A stretch of 64,000 bases of DNA from positions 6,937 to 70,936 of the IMG/VR virus record IMGVR_UViG_3300003320_000410; one strand, written 5' to 3'. This DNA comes from a virus. Both the position numbers and the translations under genes were made by a program. How positions within the stretch are numbered: the stretch's first letter is position 1; each line of letters starts with the position of its first letter. Of this stretch, positions 48,474 through 57,161 are shown piece after piece. The notes below the pieces were generated by a model. It had not been told where the DNA came from. It did no database searches and was given only the letters and a program-made list of their open reading frames with translations.

Positions 48474-49032
48474 GCTTGTAGAATGGCAAAGAGTTGATCC
48501 AGACAATGGATTAGTAGAGCCTTGGTGGACATGGCCCTGCGTGGAAGTTATTAAAACATGGAATTTAAAAGATAAATTATGGCTTGAATTTGGGGCGGGT
48601 TTATCTACAGCGTGGCTTAGGGAAAAATGTAAAAATGTAGTCAGTATAGAAGCGAATACAGAATGGGGCGAAAAAGCTTTGAATTACTGTATAGATGCCG
48701 GGAAAGACAATGGCATTATCTTTTATTCAGATTTAGCAGACGGAATTCCAAATAACTGGCCACTATATATTAGCAATGTCCCGAATTGGAATTTCGATAT
48801 TATCAGCGTGGATGGCATTTTCAGAAACGAATGTCTACAATGGGCATTGGATCACTTTAAAGGCCGTGGCGGCATTTTGATTGTGGACAACCTAGATCAG
48901 GACTATGTATGGATCAGCCCGGCAGCCAATGAATTAATGGCCCCATATCCTTGTGAAATTTATTATCAGCCAGACCACACCAACCACGAGGGTAAAAAAT
49001 GGAACACAAGAATTTATAGGATACCAGCATGA
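48460..49032 (+). CDS. Class I SAM-dependent methyltransferase
   Basis: LEFGAGLST, SIEAN, DIISVDG, LIVDN. Confidence 0.8.
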   Translation: MNIPELVEWQRVDPDNGLVEPWWTWPCVEVIKTWNLKDKLWLEFGAGLSTAWLREKCKNVVSIEANTEWGEKALNYCIDAGKDNGIIFYSDLADGIPNNWPLYISNVPNWNFDIISVDGIFRNECLQWALDHFKGRGGILIVDNLDQDYVWISPAANELMAPYPCEIYYQPDHTNHEGKKWNTRIYRIPA

Positions 49033-49589
49033 TTCAACCGCAAATAATTTACGACGACCGCCATCCGGAGAAATGGCAACCGTTAATCGATGGCTTAAAA
49101 GAGCAAGGAATTACAGACTTTAAGATATGGGAGCCGGTTTTTGATCCCAATAGTGTAATAAAGTCGATCAATTTAAGCCATAAACAGATAGTGCAATGGG
49201 CTAAATTCCACAATTTACCGGAAGTCTGCATATTTGAGGACGACATTTTTTTCACTTCTACCGGCGCATGGCAACGGTTTTTGGACGAAACACCTGTTTG
49301 GCCCTTTGACATCTATCTGGGTGGCACCTACGGCCTAAATAAGCCCATTACAGGAAAGATAGATAAAATTAATGGGCTGCATTGCTACATCTTAAGACAG
49401 CGGTTTTATGACACGTTTCTGAGCGTTCCAGACGATATTCATATTGACGTAGCGCTGGACAATCTAGGGTGCTATTACATCTGTTATCCGTTTGTTGCTT
49501 TACAAAGACCAGGGTTTTCAGCAAATTCTCGCGCTTTTTCTGATAAAAATACTGATTTGTCTAAGGAGGACGTCTACACTGGATTATGA
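49029..49589 (+). CDS. Glycosyltransferase family 25-like
   Basis: SH...I, CIFEDD, HCYI, HID, ALQ motifs. Confidence 0.7.
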   Translation: MIQPQIIYDDRHPEKWQPLIDGLKEQGITDFKIWEPVFDPNSVIKSINLSHKQIVQWAKFHNLPEVCIFEDDIFFTSTGAWQRFLDETPVWPFDIYLGGTYGLNKPITGKIDKINGLHCYILRQRFYDTFLSVPDDIHIDVALDNLGCYYICYPFVALQRPGFSANSRAFSDKNTDLSKEDVYTGL

Positions 49590-49900
49590 GCCCCTATATT
49601 ACGTACAAAGACACGAATAAAAACGGGGATTTATGCCTGTACATCCTTCAGCGAGAATTTCCCCATTACCAAGGTGTCATTTGCTACCTTCCTATCCATG
49701 ATTCTATTTGCTGTATCCCGATAGCCGGGCATAATCTTTATTTGGCTTTTGCAGGTACGATCCGGGGGAATTACATCATGTCAAATCCAGAATATGAAAA
49801 ACAAGTAGGTCTTATCTTTGAATCTATGGCGGCGTGGTTTTATGAAAACAGGATACGGACTGACCCTAAGCGTTACAAGAAATGGGCTATTCATCCTTAA
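49586..49900 (+). CDS. Hypothetical protein ending the GT operon
   Basis: ATGA coupled; tail-to-tail overlap with next ORF. Confidence 0.65.
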   Translation: MSPYITYKDTNKNGDLCLYILQREFPHYQGVICYLPIHDSICCIPIAGHNLYLAFAGTIRGNYIMSNPEYEKQVGLIFESMAAWFYENRIRTDPKRYKKWAIHP

Positions 49901-50369
49901 AGAGGTCTCTTTCTATTCTGTGTTCCCAGATTTTTTCAACTACCGCGTTGAGGCCGTGGCGCGTATCCCTATCAAATAGAGTTTGCAATCCTCTCTCTTC
50001 TTTCCAGCAGTAGTCATAAAGTTTTTTGGCTTTCTTGTACTGACTTTCCGGCTGCCCTTCGAATTGTTTAAGACGTTCCCGTAGTTTATTACACCAAAGC
50101 TGACAAATGCGCCAATGTACGTTTTCATGGGAAAGTGTTCTCTCATCATTGGTTGTAGTCCAGCATTTTTCTGGGACAAGCTGGCAAGATACATCAAAGT
50201 GCATCTTGCCTTTTTCATCCGTCTCTACTTCCATATTCCATTCGTATCCAGTGTTAGCTGAATATCCTCGGGCTATTTGGGCGGAATCCGGGACACCCTT
50301 ATAGAAATCCCATGTTAGTTGTTTAGGCCCTGTGTAAAGAGCCAATACAAGGTATAGTAGAGTGTTCAT
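49887..50369 (-). CDS. DUF922-like Zn metalloprotease candidate
   Basis: LTW..YKG.P start, HENVH (HExxH), N-terminal hydrophobic segment. Confidence 0.65.
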   Translation of the reverse strand: MNTLLYLVLALYTGPKQLTWDFYKGVPDSAQIARGYSANTGYEWNMEVETDEKGKMHFDVSCQLVPEKCWTTTNDERTLSHENVHWRICQLWCNKLRERLKQFEGQPESQYKKAKKLYDYCWKEERGLQTLFDRDTRHGLNAVVEKIWEHRIERDLFKDE

Positions 50370-51109
50370 GGTTGTGGTTTTGGTGATGATCTTTCACAAT
50401 GTTGATGCCATATTTTTGTTCCGTCCCAATCGCCAATAGCGGATGATTTAAAACCCCTCTTGCCGCATATGCAGCATTTATCCCAATATCTTCTTTTAAG
50501 TCTTTGAATTGGGTGAAATTGAATTTTCCAATGATGTATGTGCCAGCGGGGGTGATTATACCATTTTGTCGTAGACCTCAGAATCCATCCATAAATAATT
50601 TGTGCGTAATGATCTAAAGCCTCTTCTCTATTCCAATTTTCTCCTGTACCCTTTCGAAACATCCCGGTAATTTCAGAATATAAAGAATCTGTTGGGTTTT
50701 CTGCAAAATGCAAAATATCAAACAGGTTTTTATTCATCCATCTTCTGTGTTTCTTCCTGTTGTATTTAAAATATTCCCACGCAGATTTACTGAACATACA
50801 AAGAGCAATTCCATGAACCGACATAACAGGCACGCCGGTAATAGGGGTAAAATAGCCAGTCAAATACATAGTACCATTTGATTCCGAAATATAAGTCCTA
50901 TCAAAGTCAAATTCAATGGAGGATTTGATCTTTTTAAGTATTTCCTTATCACCATGTCTGGCTCTCTTAAACCACCCGCATGAATCATCTGTACCATCTT
51001 TTTCGGGGTCAACATGCCAAATGGTTATTAACGGCGTACGATATGACCCGTTTTTTCTTTTCTTGGCTCCCAAATAAATCTCATGGGCAACCGTCATTGG
51101 ATCATGCAT
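50366..51109 (-). CDS. Hypothetical phage protein with C-terminal CxxC..H motif
   Basis: ORF track; coupled stop/start. Confidence 0.7.
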   Translation of the reverse strand: MHDPMTVAHEIYLGAKKRKNGSYRTPLITIWHVDPEKDGTDDSCGWFKRARHGDKEILKKIKSSIEFDFDRTYISESNGTMYLTGYFTPITGVPVMSVHGIALCMFSKSAWEYFKYNRKKHRRWMNKNLFDILHFAENPTDSLYSEITGMFRKGTGENWNREEALDHYAQIIYGWILRSTTKWYNHPRWHIHHWKIQFHPIQRLKRRYWDKCCICGKRGFKSSAIGDWDGTKIWHQHCERSSPKPQP

Positions 51110-51112
51110 AGT

Positions 51113-51346
51113 TTAATCTTTAGGTTCACGTTCTTTGAATGAAAATGCTATGTAAGAGGATTTAAGACCTTCGGTTTCCACGTTTATTACCTCTCTTACT
51201 AGTTCTTCATTGGGGTATGTTTCACACTGAAAGATTAGCGTGTCTTTTGGCATAATGGTGCGAGATGTTTTCTCTACGAGCATATTTCTTCCGGTCTTAC
51301 TTATGGAGCCGTATAGGCTACTATCCAACTGAAATACATGAGTCAT
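51113..51346 (-). CDS. Small ASCH/PUA-like protein
   Basis: DTLIF...REVINVETEGLKSSYIAFSF resembles DUF3850-type pattern. Confidence 0.45.
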   Translation of the reverse strand: MTHVFQLDSSLYGSISKTGRNMLVEKTSRTIMPKDTLIFQCETYPNEELVREVINVETEGLKSSYIAFSFKEREPKD

Positions 51347-51406
51347 ATGACAACAATTTGAATTTTGACGGTTTTATTTTCTTGATCTGTTAGCTTATAC
51401 CAGTAG

Positions 51407-51679
51407 TTACGGATTGGTTTTTTTTGTTGAATCTACTTTCATTTGCTTTTGCACCTGAGCAATAAGCTCCTGTTGGAATACTGTAATAGAGTCTTTCCAC
51501 TGAGACACGACGTTGGCGGGCAATGTGGACTTGTCCATAATGGCTTTTGCGTTATCCAACATTTGTAAATGAGATTGCCATTGTTCCGCCGTGAAAGTTA
51601 CATGATACGTTTTACTTTCAATGAACGTAAAAGAAAAAATACTAAAGGCCAATGCTAAGAATAGAACTGTTTGTTTCAT
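51407..51679 (-). CDS. Secreted small protein
   Basis: Signal-peptide-like N-terminus; DSI and DST sequons. Confidence 0.65.
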   Translation of the reverse strand: MKQTVLFLALAFSIFSFTFIESKTYHVTFTAEQWQSHLQMLDNAKAIMDKSTLPANVVSQWKDSITVFQQELIAQVQKQMKVDSTKKTNP

Positions 51680-51692
51680 GTTTTATTTTATT

Positions 51693-52055
51693 TTAGTGTT
51701 TAATTGCTTTTTGTTTGTTTAAAGTCTGCCAGTCTTTTTGTGATAAGTACCCTATTATTGGGCTATCTATAGTAAACACAAGTGGAATACCAGAACCTTT
51801 TATTACTCGATTTGGATAGCTTTTAAAATTCACATCGCTATTGTAGATATTTGAGATATTTTGTTTTATTGATACAACAGAATCATACTGCCTTTTCGCC
51901 ATCCGCAAGGAATCCCTATATAAAATCTTCATCTTGGCATTATATTGCAAAGCCTCTCTGTATTCAGATATTTCTTTTTCCTCATGCCATATGGCACCAC
52001 AATAAAGACTAAGTAGAATAACGTATGCTGCAATTGCCCACAATTCTTTTTTCAT
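51693..52055 (-). CDS. Membrane-anchored protein
   Basis: N-terminal TM helix; DSL and DSV sequons. Confidence 0.65.
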   Translation of the reverse strand: MKKELWAIAAYVILLSLYCGAIWHEEKEISEYREALQYNAKMKILYRDSLRMAKRQYDSVVSIKQNISNIYNSDVNFKSYPNRVIKGSGIPLVFTIDSPIIGYLSQKDWQTLNKQKAIKH

Positions 52056-52068
52056 ATAATGAAGTCTT

Positions 52069-52374
52069 TTAAGCAGTTTTTAATTTAAGTCTCTCCATTC
52101 TCATTTGCTTGATGATCTTTCTTGTCCAATCCGGGGTTAGCTTAAACTCTTTTGCTATTTCTTTAAGTTCTACTCCATCCTCATGCAGTTTATACATCTC
52201 TCTCATATCTAGTAATGTTAGTTTTTGATTTCCTCCACCACCCTGTATAGAAGGAGTAATATGCTTATAAATCTCCCAATAACAATTCGTATTGCTCGCT
52301 ATCCTTCTTAGTTCCTTTTCTGATGAACTTTCTATCACCTGACCATCAAAGCACAAAGAATAGGTAACTTTCAT
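52069..52374 (-). CDS. HTH DNA-binding protein
   Basis: C-terminal GVELKEIAKEFKLTPDWTRKII. Confidence 0.7.
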   Translation of the reverse strand: MKVTYSLCFDGQVIESSSEKELRRIASNTNCYWEIYKHITPSIQGGGGNQKLTLLDMREMYKLHEDGVELKEIAKEFKLTPDWTRKIIKQMRMERLKLKTA

Positions 52375-52377
52375 AAA

Positions 52378-52575
52378 TCAGAAAAACATTTCCTTGAATA
52401 ATTTACGATCCTCCTTTCTCTCATTTGCATAGGCATTAGCTATGTCACGTCTACAAGGAATACAATACCCTTCTCTTCCATCTACGGTATCGTGTCTTTT
52501 TGCAAATTCTTCAATATCCTTTATACCTTTACATTTGGGACACTTCTTTTTTCCGGGAGGTAAATCTGTTCTCAT
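52378..52575 (-). CDS. Zn-finger protein
   Basis: CPKC...CIPC; ATG 52575 coupled to upstream stop. Confidence 0.65.
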   Translation of the reverse strand: MRTDLPPGKKKCPKCKGIKDIEEFAKRHDTVDGREGYCIPCRRDIANAYANERKEDRKLFKEMFF

Positions 52576-52856
52576 TGTAAGTAATATTCTAAAGTGATTA
52601 AACATTTCGCAATCCGATGCCGGATCATTTCGTCAGTTTGCCCGTTTGAAAATTCATCTACAGATTTCCAAAGGTTTACCTGATCCTCAATTTCATAGAC
52701 AGGTTTAATCTTTCCAGAGCGCAACAATTTACCATATCCCATCCCCATAATTTCCTGTATGGCCCAGGAACTTGCCATAGCACTCATCCAAGCAACGTTA
52801 TTATTTTGGAATAGGTCAACTTGCTTTTTTACTAAATCAGCAAAATAGCCAATCAT
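52572..52856 (-). CDS. Hypothetical protein
   Basis: ORF track; coupled. Confidence 0.65.
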   Translation of the reverse strand: MIGYFADLVKKQVDLFQNNNVAWMSAMASSWAIQEIMGMGYGKLLRSGKIKPVYEIEDQVNLWKSVDEFSNGQTDEMIRHRIAKCLITLEYYLQ

Positions 52857-53476
52857 TCGTCGCCGGTATAAGTGTTAAATAAATCCAATAAAGTAGCTGA
52901 ATCATCCCCTCTTTTCATATCACAGTGCTTTACCGTTGATCTGGCACTATGCCCCATTCCTTTTAAGGTAAGGTGTTGCTCATATCTGATTGCTTCCAAT
53001 GTCCTATATCGTTTATCCCGGTATTTTTCAAAATAATCAAAAAACATGGGCATATCCAATTTTTCTGATATTTTACCAAACTTTCCGGTTAAAAGGTCTT
53101 TCAGGAACAATAGAACATCTTCAATGGATAGTTGATCCTCATGGGCGCTATCTATGATACCATCCGCCAAATCCAATATCTGATCTGCTGACATCCTAGC
53201 CTTTTCTATATTATTAAAAGCGGAAAGTATTGAGGCAGATAGCGCAGCCTGTACCCTTTTCCGCCCTTCTGGTTGCTTTATAAGTTCCGGTATGCGTTGC
53301 TCAAAAGGGATTGCCAGGGTTTTTTCATATTTCACCATTCCTTGCTCTCTATAGACCGCCAAGACTTCGTTTATTTTAGCCGGACTACCCTTCTGTTCCA
53401 TTACGCTTAATATAGGCTGCGTATAGGTCGTCGGAAGTTGGTTTTTCTGTTGATTTTGTTGTGGTAGATTTTCCAT
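52853..53476 (-). CDS. Putative replication accessory (helicase-loader position) protein
   Basis: Follows replisome-organiser-like ORF; FLKDLLTGKFG pattern; start could be 53401. Confidence 0.45.
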   Translation of the reverse strand: MENLPQQNQQKNQLPTTYTQPILSVMEQKGSPAKINEVLAVYREQGMVKYEKTLAIPFEQRIPELIKQPEGRKRVQAALSASILSAFNNIEKARMSADQILDLADGIIDSAHEDQLSIEDVLLFLKDLLTGKFGKISEKLDMPMFFDYFEKYRDKRYRTLEAIRYEQHLTLKGMGHSARSTVKHCDMKRGDDSATLLDLFNTYTGDE

Positions 53477-53738
53477 TTTGATCTTTTTTAGGATTATGCA
53501 CCTTATAAAAGCCCTTCCAATTTCGGGAAATACTTCGGTTTACGATCCTCTTTGCATGTTCCTCATCTCCCTCCGAAAGGTCTACCAGTTCATTTAAGGC
53601 CGCCTGTTCGCTTATCTCGTTCTTATAGGCAAAGTGGTGCGTTTCCCACCTAAAACGTTTCCACATTATCCAAATTGGTTCAAACCCTTCCGAAAATGGA
53701 CTTTGTAATCCTTTCGTGAAAACATGCTCTTTATTCAT
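53385..53738 (-). CDS. Replisome-organiser C-terminal-like protein
   Basis: W..FR......Y....EQAALNEL..LS....A..I...SI...WKGFY pattern. Confidence 0.55.
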   Translation of the reverse strand: MNKEHVFTKGLQSPFSEGFEPIWIMWKRFRWETHHFAYKNEISEQAALNELVDLSEGDEEHAKRIVNRSISRNWKGFYKVHNPKKDQNGKSTTTKSTEKPTSDDLYAAYIKRNGTEG

Positions 53739-53746
53739 GGCTTTGT

Positions 53747-54643
53747 TTAATTTTTAATAATAACTTCTGCCCTCCCATATCTCAACTCCATTCTCTTTTG
53801 TACTACGATGTAGCCGTCTTGAATGAAAGCATACATTGGCATCAACCCCTGTATTTTCATTGCCTTTAAAAGGCCGTCCGCAGGACCCCCCCCGGAGGGG
53901 CCGCCGGAGGCTATCAATCTACAGAATCGCCGCTGTGAAGTAAGCAACCCAATGTTAATAAGTTTTGCCCTTATAGCAGCCCCCTGAGCCTGGGAGAGCT
54001 TTAATAATCTGCCAAACCCATTTGCAGACAGGCCAACATAACAACTGTTTATCCTTTCAGAGAAGTTATTGGGAACTTGGTTCCTTGGGCAGTTTTGTAC
54101 TCCGGACTTTCTGATGTTATATTCCTGTTGCTGTAGGTTAAAACGTATTATTTGCGCTCTTAATAAATTTAACTGATTTTTGTGGTCAACTGGCACACCT
54201 ATATTCTTGCTACCCCAAATCTGGCCTATTTTTCTTAGCCCCTTAAAGGTCAAATTCCCTGAATGATCTACGACCAATCCACTATTTCTCAATACCTTTA
54301 AATGAAAGGCGAGGCAGGCCGGAGAGCATTTAAGTATTTGAGATAGCCCCCGAAGATTGAAACGGTAATGTGTATTATTTACATATAAAGACTTCATTCG
54401 GACAAAATATCCCAATGACCGTAACCAGCCATATTCGTTGGCGTCCTTAATTAGTCTTACAGGTAAGAATACAGTGTCGCGCAATTCCTTGGATTTTAGC
54501 AATAAAAAAAGCCCCGTACGTATGTACGCGGCCCTGATTGCTAAATCTTTATTCCATTTATGAGAAAATGTCCGAAGTCGGACAGAGATGGACAAAAATA
54601 AGTTTTTTTGCTCATAAAATTGAATAAAAGATTTTAGCGGCAT
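53747..54643 (-). CDS. Winged-HTH protein, possible replication initiator
   Basis: Two wHTH-like segments (LSQILKCSPACLAFHLKVL; FGRLLKLSQAQGAAIRAKL). Confidence 0.5.
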   Translation of the reverse strand: MPLKSFIQFYEQKNLFLSISVRLRTFSHKWNKDLAIRAAYIRTGLFLLLKSKELRDTVFLPVRLIKDANEYGWLRSLGYFVRMKSLYVNNTHYRFNLRGLSQILKCSPACLAFHLKVLRNSGLVVDHSGNLTFKGLRKIGQIWGSKNIGVPVDHKNQLNLLRAQIIRFNLQQQEYNIRKSGVQNCPRNQVPNNFSERINSCYVGLSANGFGRLLKLSQAQGAAIRAKLINIGLLTSQRRFCRLIASGGPSGGGPADGLLKAMKIQGLMPMYAFIQDGYIVVQKRMELRYGRAEVIIKN

Positions 54644-54675
54644 AAAAATGAGAATTATTTAATACTCGACCAAAT

Positions 54676-55083
54676 TTATTTTTCCAACCCTCTCCACCAT
54701 AAAGGAGTAGAAGGACGTTTTTCGGAGTTTAGGGCCTTATTAAGCTCTGTTTTCTTCAGGTATAGATTGTCTAGATAGGGTGCTATGGCAATAATCAGTT
54801 TCCGGGTATTTTCCAACATAACTGAATATAATCCTTTTTGCCTCTTCCCAATCGTGCTGTCTATTTTACGATCTAGCCATTTTGCAAATTCATCTGGCGT
54901 TAAGTTGGATTTAGCTCCATTACACATATGACAGCAATACAAAATGTTGGTTTTACCTGAATGTCCTCCTTTACTACGTGGGATAATATGATCCTTTGTT
55001 CTGAGCAAAACTTTGCCCCCAACGGAAGCAGCTCCCATTGGCCTTTCACAATAAAAACATGTCTTTGCTTTATAGGTGTTCAT
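54676..55083 (-). CDS. HNH endonuclease
   Basis: CFYC, TKDHIIPRSKGG, CHMCNGAK. Confidence 0.85.
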   Translation of the reverse strand: MNTYKAKTCFYCERPMGAASVGGKVLLRTKDHIIPRSKGGHSGKTNILYCCHMCNGAKSNLTPDEFAKWLDRKIDSTIGKRQKGLYSVMLENTRKLIIAIAPYLDNLYLKKTELNKALNSEKRPSTPLWWRGLEK

Positions 55084-55120
55084 ATTTTTTACTGAACCGG
55101 GTCTGATACTTTATTAAAGC

Positions 55121-55462
55121 CTAAAATAGTTCTATTTGTTCAAGTAGTTTTTGTTCTTTTGCTTCTTTTTCGGTTCGCGGAGGCTTTTGGCTAATTTGCT
55201 GCTGCACATACTCTTCAATTAATTTAATACCAGGAAGATTATACTCGGTTCTGTTAAGTTTATATTCTGTCCAGGTACAAGGAACTTTATATCTACTTAA
55301 TCCTTCTTTTCTAGTTCTTGAAACAATAACACCAAACGGCTTTTCAATGCATCTACTTACTTCCCGGGGAACGTTGGTAATACCCAAGTTTTTGAAGCCA
55401 GTCATTATAGTAATAACTTCTCCTCTTAATAGGGCCATAGCCAGAGCTGCTTTAGCATTCAT
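55121..55462 (-). CDS. Putative HTH/wHTH protein
   Basis: LLRGEVIT...NVPREVSR pattern. Confidence 0.5.
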   Translation of the reverse strand: MNAKAALAMALLRGEVITIMTGFKNLGITNVPREVSRCIEKPFGVIVSRTRKEGLSRYKVPCTWTEYKLNRTEYNLPGIKLIEEYVQQQISQKPPRTEKEAKEQKLLEQIELF

Positions 55463-55842
55463 ATATCGAATAAGTTTTGAAGTCCTTTTTTCTTGTTTCT
55501 GGTGATCCTTGAATTCTCTTTATGTTGCTTAGAGTCTAACCGTAAATGATGTAGTTGACAAAGGGCTGCTAAATTTTCGTCAGAATTATTTGTTACATCA
55601 TGGTCCAAATGGGCTACGGTAAGAACTATCTTAATGATTTTCCAGCCTACCGATTTAGCCCATTCCGCATCGGCATCGCCTTGGTGTGAGCATTCAATCG
55701 GATGCCAACCACCAAGATCATCCCTATAACCGATATCGTAGTTTTTTACTCCGCATTCTTTGCAACAGTTATTTTCTCTTTGGAGGATTCTTTCCCGGAT
55801 TTGTTTCCAGTCTTTAGGATATCTGGAATAGTCACAAGGCAT
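55459..55842 (-). CDS. HNH-like protein
   Basis: CKECG, LTVAHLDH, NLAALCQLHH. Confidence 0.75.
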   Translation of the reverse strand: MPCDYSRYPKDWKQIRERILQRENNCCKECGVKNYDIGYRDDLGGWHPIECSHQGDADAEWAKSVGWKIIKIVLTVAHLDHDVTNNSDENLAALCQLHHLRLDSKQHKENSRITRNKKKGLQNLFDI

Positions 55843-55845
55843 ATA

Positions 55846-56148
55846 TTAATCTTTAAATAGTACTACCTTTACATTGCCATGACGGAAGTTCGAACTAATA
55901 ATTACGCCTGAAAGCCTTTCTTTATCTTCCTTTGTTAAGTTGTGCCATTTTGCAGCCGGTATATTATGCTGCTCGAAATTCCAAAAACCGATTGGATTAG
56001 GATGATCCATTCTTCCAACGACAAAGAATCTTTCTTTTAACCAATCTTCCGCTTCATATAATGCGCCCCAATCTACCTTACCCCCATTAGTGAAGATGCG
56101 TTCTTCCTGCACTTTATGTCCGTATATTCTTTTAGATACTGTTTGCAT
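55846..56148 (-). CDS. Hypothetical phage protein
   Basis: ORF track. Confidence 0.65.
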   Translation of the reverse strand: MQTVSKRIYGHKVQEERIFTNGGKVDWGALYEAEDWLKERFFVVGRMDHPNPIGFWNFEQHNIPAAKWHNLTKEDKERLSGVIISSNFRHGNVKVVLFKD

Positions 56149-56380
56149 GTTGTAAGTTTTTAAGGTAATCGAGAGCCATTTTTCTTGCGGTTAAGAGTAA
56201 AAACGCTCTTGTATTATGATCCCCGTCTAAGTCTTTGGAGATTTTTCTATATAGGATCATAAACGTCTCCGCTACTATTTCCTGAGTTTTTTCTCTTTCA
56301 TTTATTAACGAATATACAAGCTCATAGGTTTCTTGCCAGTATTTATCATAGTATTCCTTCAACACTGTTCTACGCTCCAT
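56132..56380 (-). CDS. ECF sigma-70 region-2-only protein (82 aa)
   Basis: YDKYWQETY..V...I...EKTQEIVAETFMILY...RAFLLLTARKMALDYLK; no region 4; ATG at 56380. Confidence 0.65.
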   Translation of the reverse strand: MERRTVLKEYYDKYWQETYELVYSLINEREKTQEIVAETFMILYRKISKDLDGDHNTRAFLLLTARKMALDYLKNLQHANSI

Positions 56381-56437
56381 AATCAAAGGCTTTTAAAAGG
56401 TGTGATGTAAAGCAACGAAATATATTTTGAATTTCCA

Positions 56438-56453
56438 AGTAAATTATTTTACT
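56438..56453. promoter_or_regulatory. Palindromic operator in divergent control region
   Basis: AGTAAA-TTAT-TTTACT; same GTAAA-N4-TTTAC core as at 43939. Confidence 0.6.
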
Positions 56454-56472
56454 TTACATAAAATTAGTTCAA

Positions 56473-56649
56473 ATGGCAGAGACAAAACAGATAAGCGCGA
56501 CTATTAATACGGATGTAGCAAACGATGTTACGCAACTGGCGAAAGATGACAAAAGAAGTTTTAGCCAAATGGTGGAAATGCTTTTGATGGAGGCGCTTGT
56601 GGCTAGGAGTAATTCAAAGATCAGGCAGAATAAAGAAAAAATAAGATAA
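56473..56649 (+). CDS. Ribbon-helix-helix protein (58 aa), not in track
   Basis: KQISATINTDVANDVTQLAKDDKRSFSQMVEMLLMEAL; TAATG overlap with next gene. Confidence 0.75.
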   Translation: MAETKQISATINTDVANDVTQLAKDDKRSFSQMVEMLLMEALVARSNSKIRQNKEKIR

Positions 56650-57161
56650 TGGGTTTGGAAGAAATTAGGCGGTTGAAGGATGCTTCAACTGAGCCGAAAC
56701 AAAAAAAAATATATCAAATCCCTAAAGTGTCTAAAAAGAAGGCAGAGAGAGCCGCCAAAGACAAGGAATTGATAGAGTCTGGAAAGGCTATTGTTTCCGG
56801 AGGCAGTGCTGATTTAAAGCGGTGGTTTGAAGAAAGGCGCAAGGAAATGACTGGTCGCTGCCTGCATTGCCAGGGTAAATCGTGCAAAGACTCTGATGAA
56901 TATTTTAAATTCAGCATCGCTCATATACTCCCCAAAAGGTTGTTTAAATCCGTAGCTACGCATCACCTTAACTGGATAGAGCTTTGTTTTTGGGGAAATT
57001 CTTGTCACACAAACCTAGACAATAACGCACTTGATTTGACAGACTTAAACTGCTTCGACACCGTAATTCAACGATTTGTAGCAATGTACCCTTCGATAGA
57101 CAAATCTGAAAGAAAATATATTCCTGATGCTCTTTTACAATATGTGGAGGTAGAAAAATGA
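56649..57161 (+). CDS. His-Me finger nuclease-like protein (NinG/Rap-like position)
   Basis: CLHC, AHILPK, NWIELC, CH motifs. Confidence 0.55.
   Translation: MGLEEIRRLKDASTEPKQKKIYQIPKVSKKKAERAAKDKELIESGKAIVSGGSADLKRWFEERRKEMTGRCLHCQGKSCKDSDEYFKFSIAHILPKRLFKSVATHHLNWIELCFWGNSCHTNLDNNALDLTDLNCFDTVIQRFVAMYPSIDKSERKYIPDALLQYVEVEK

Noticed and set aside
44392-49589. Glycosyltransferase cluster as DNA hypermodification or GtrABC serotype conversion
   Set aside because: No hydroxymethylase/oxygenase and no membrane flippase or integral GT in the window; not excluded, but less supported.
53880-53912. C7 run and GC-rich patch as phase-variation site or origin
   Set aside because: Encodes an in-frame GGPSGGGP loop; no iteron array seen, so insufficient support.
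4722-56423. Shared ACGAAATAT 9-mer at 4723 and 56415 near RHH genes as a phage-specific promoter
   Set aside because: Too short and AT-rich to separate from chance without a genome-wide test.
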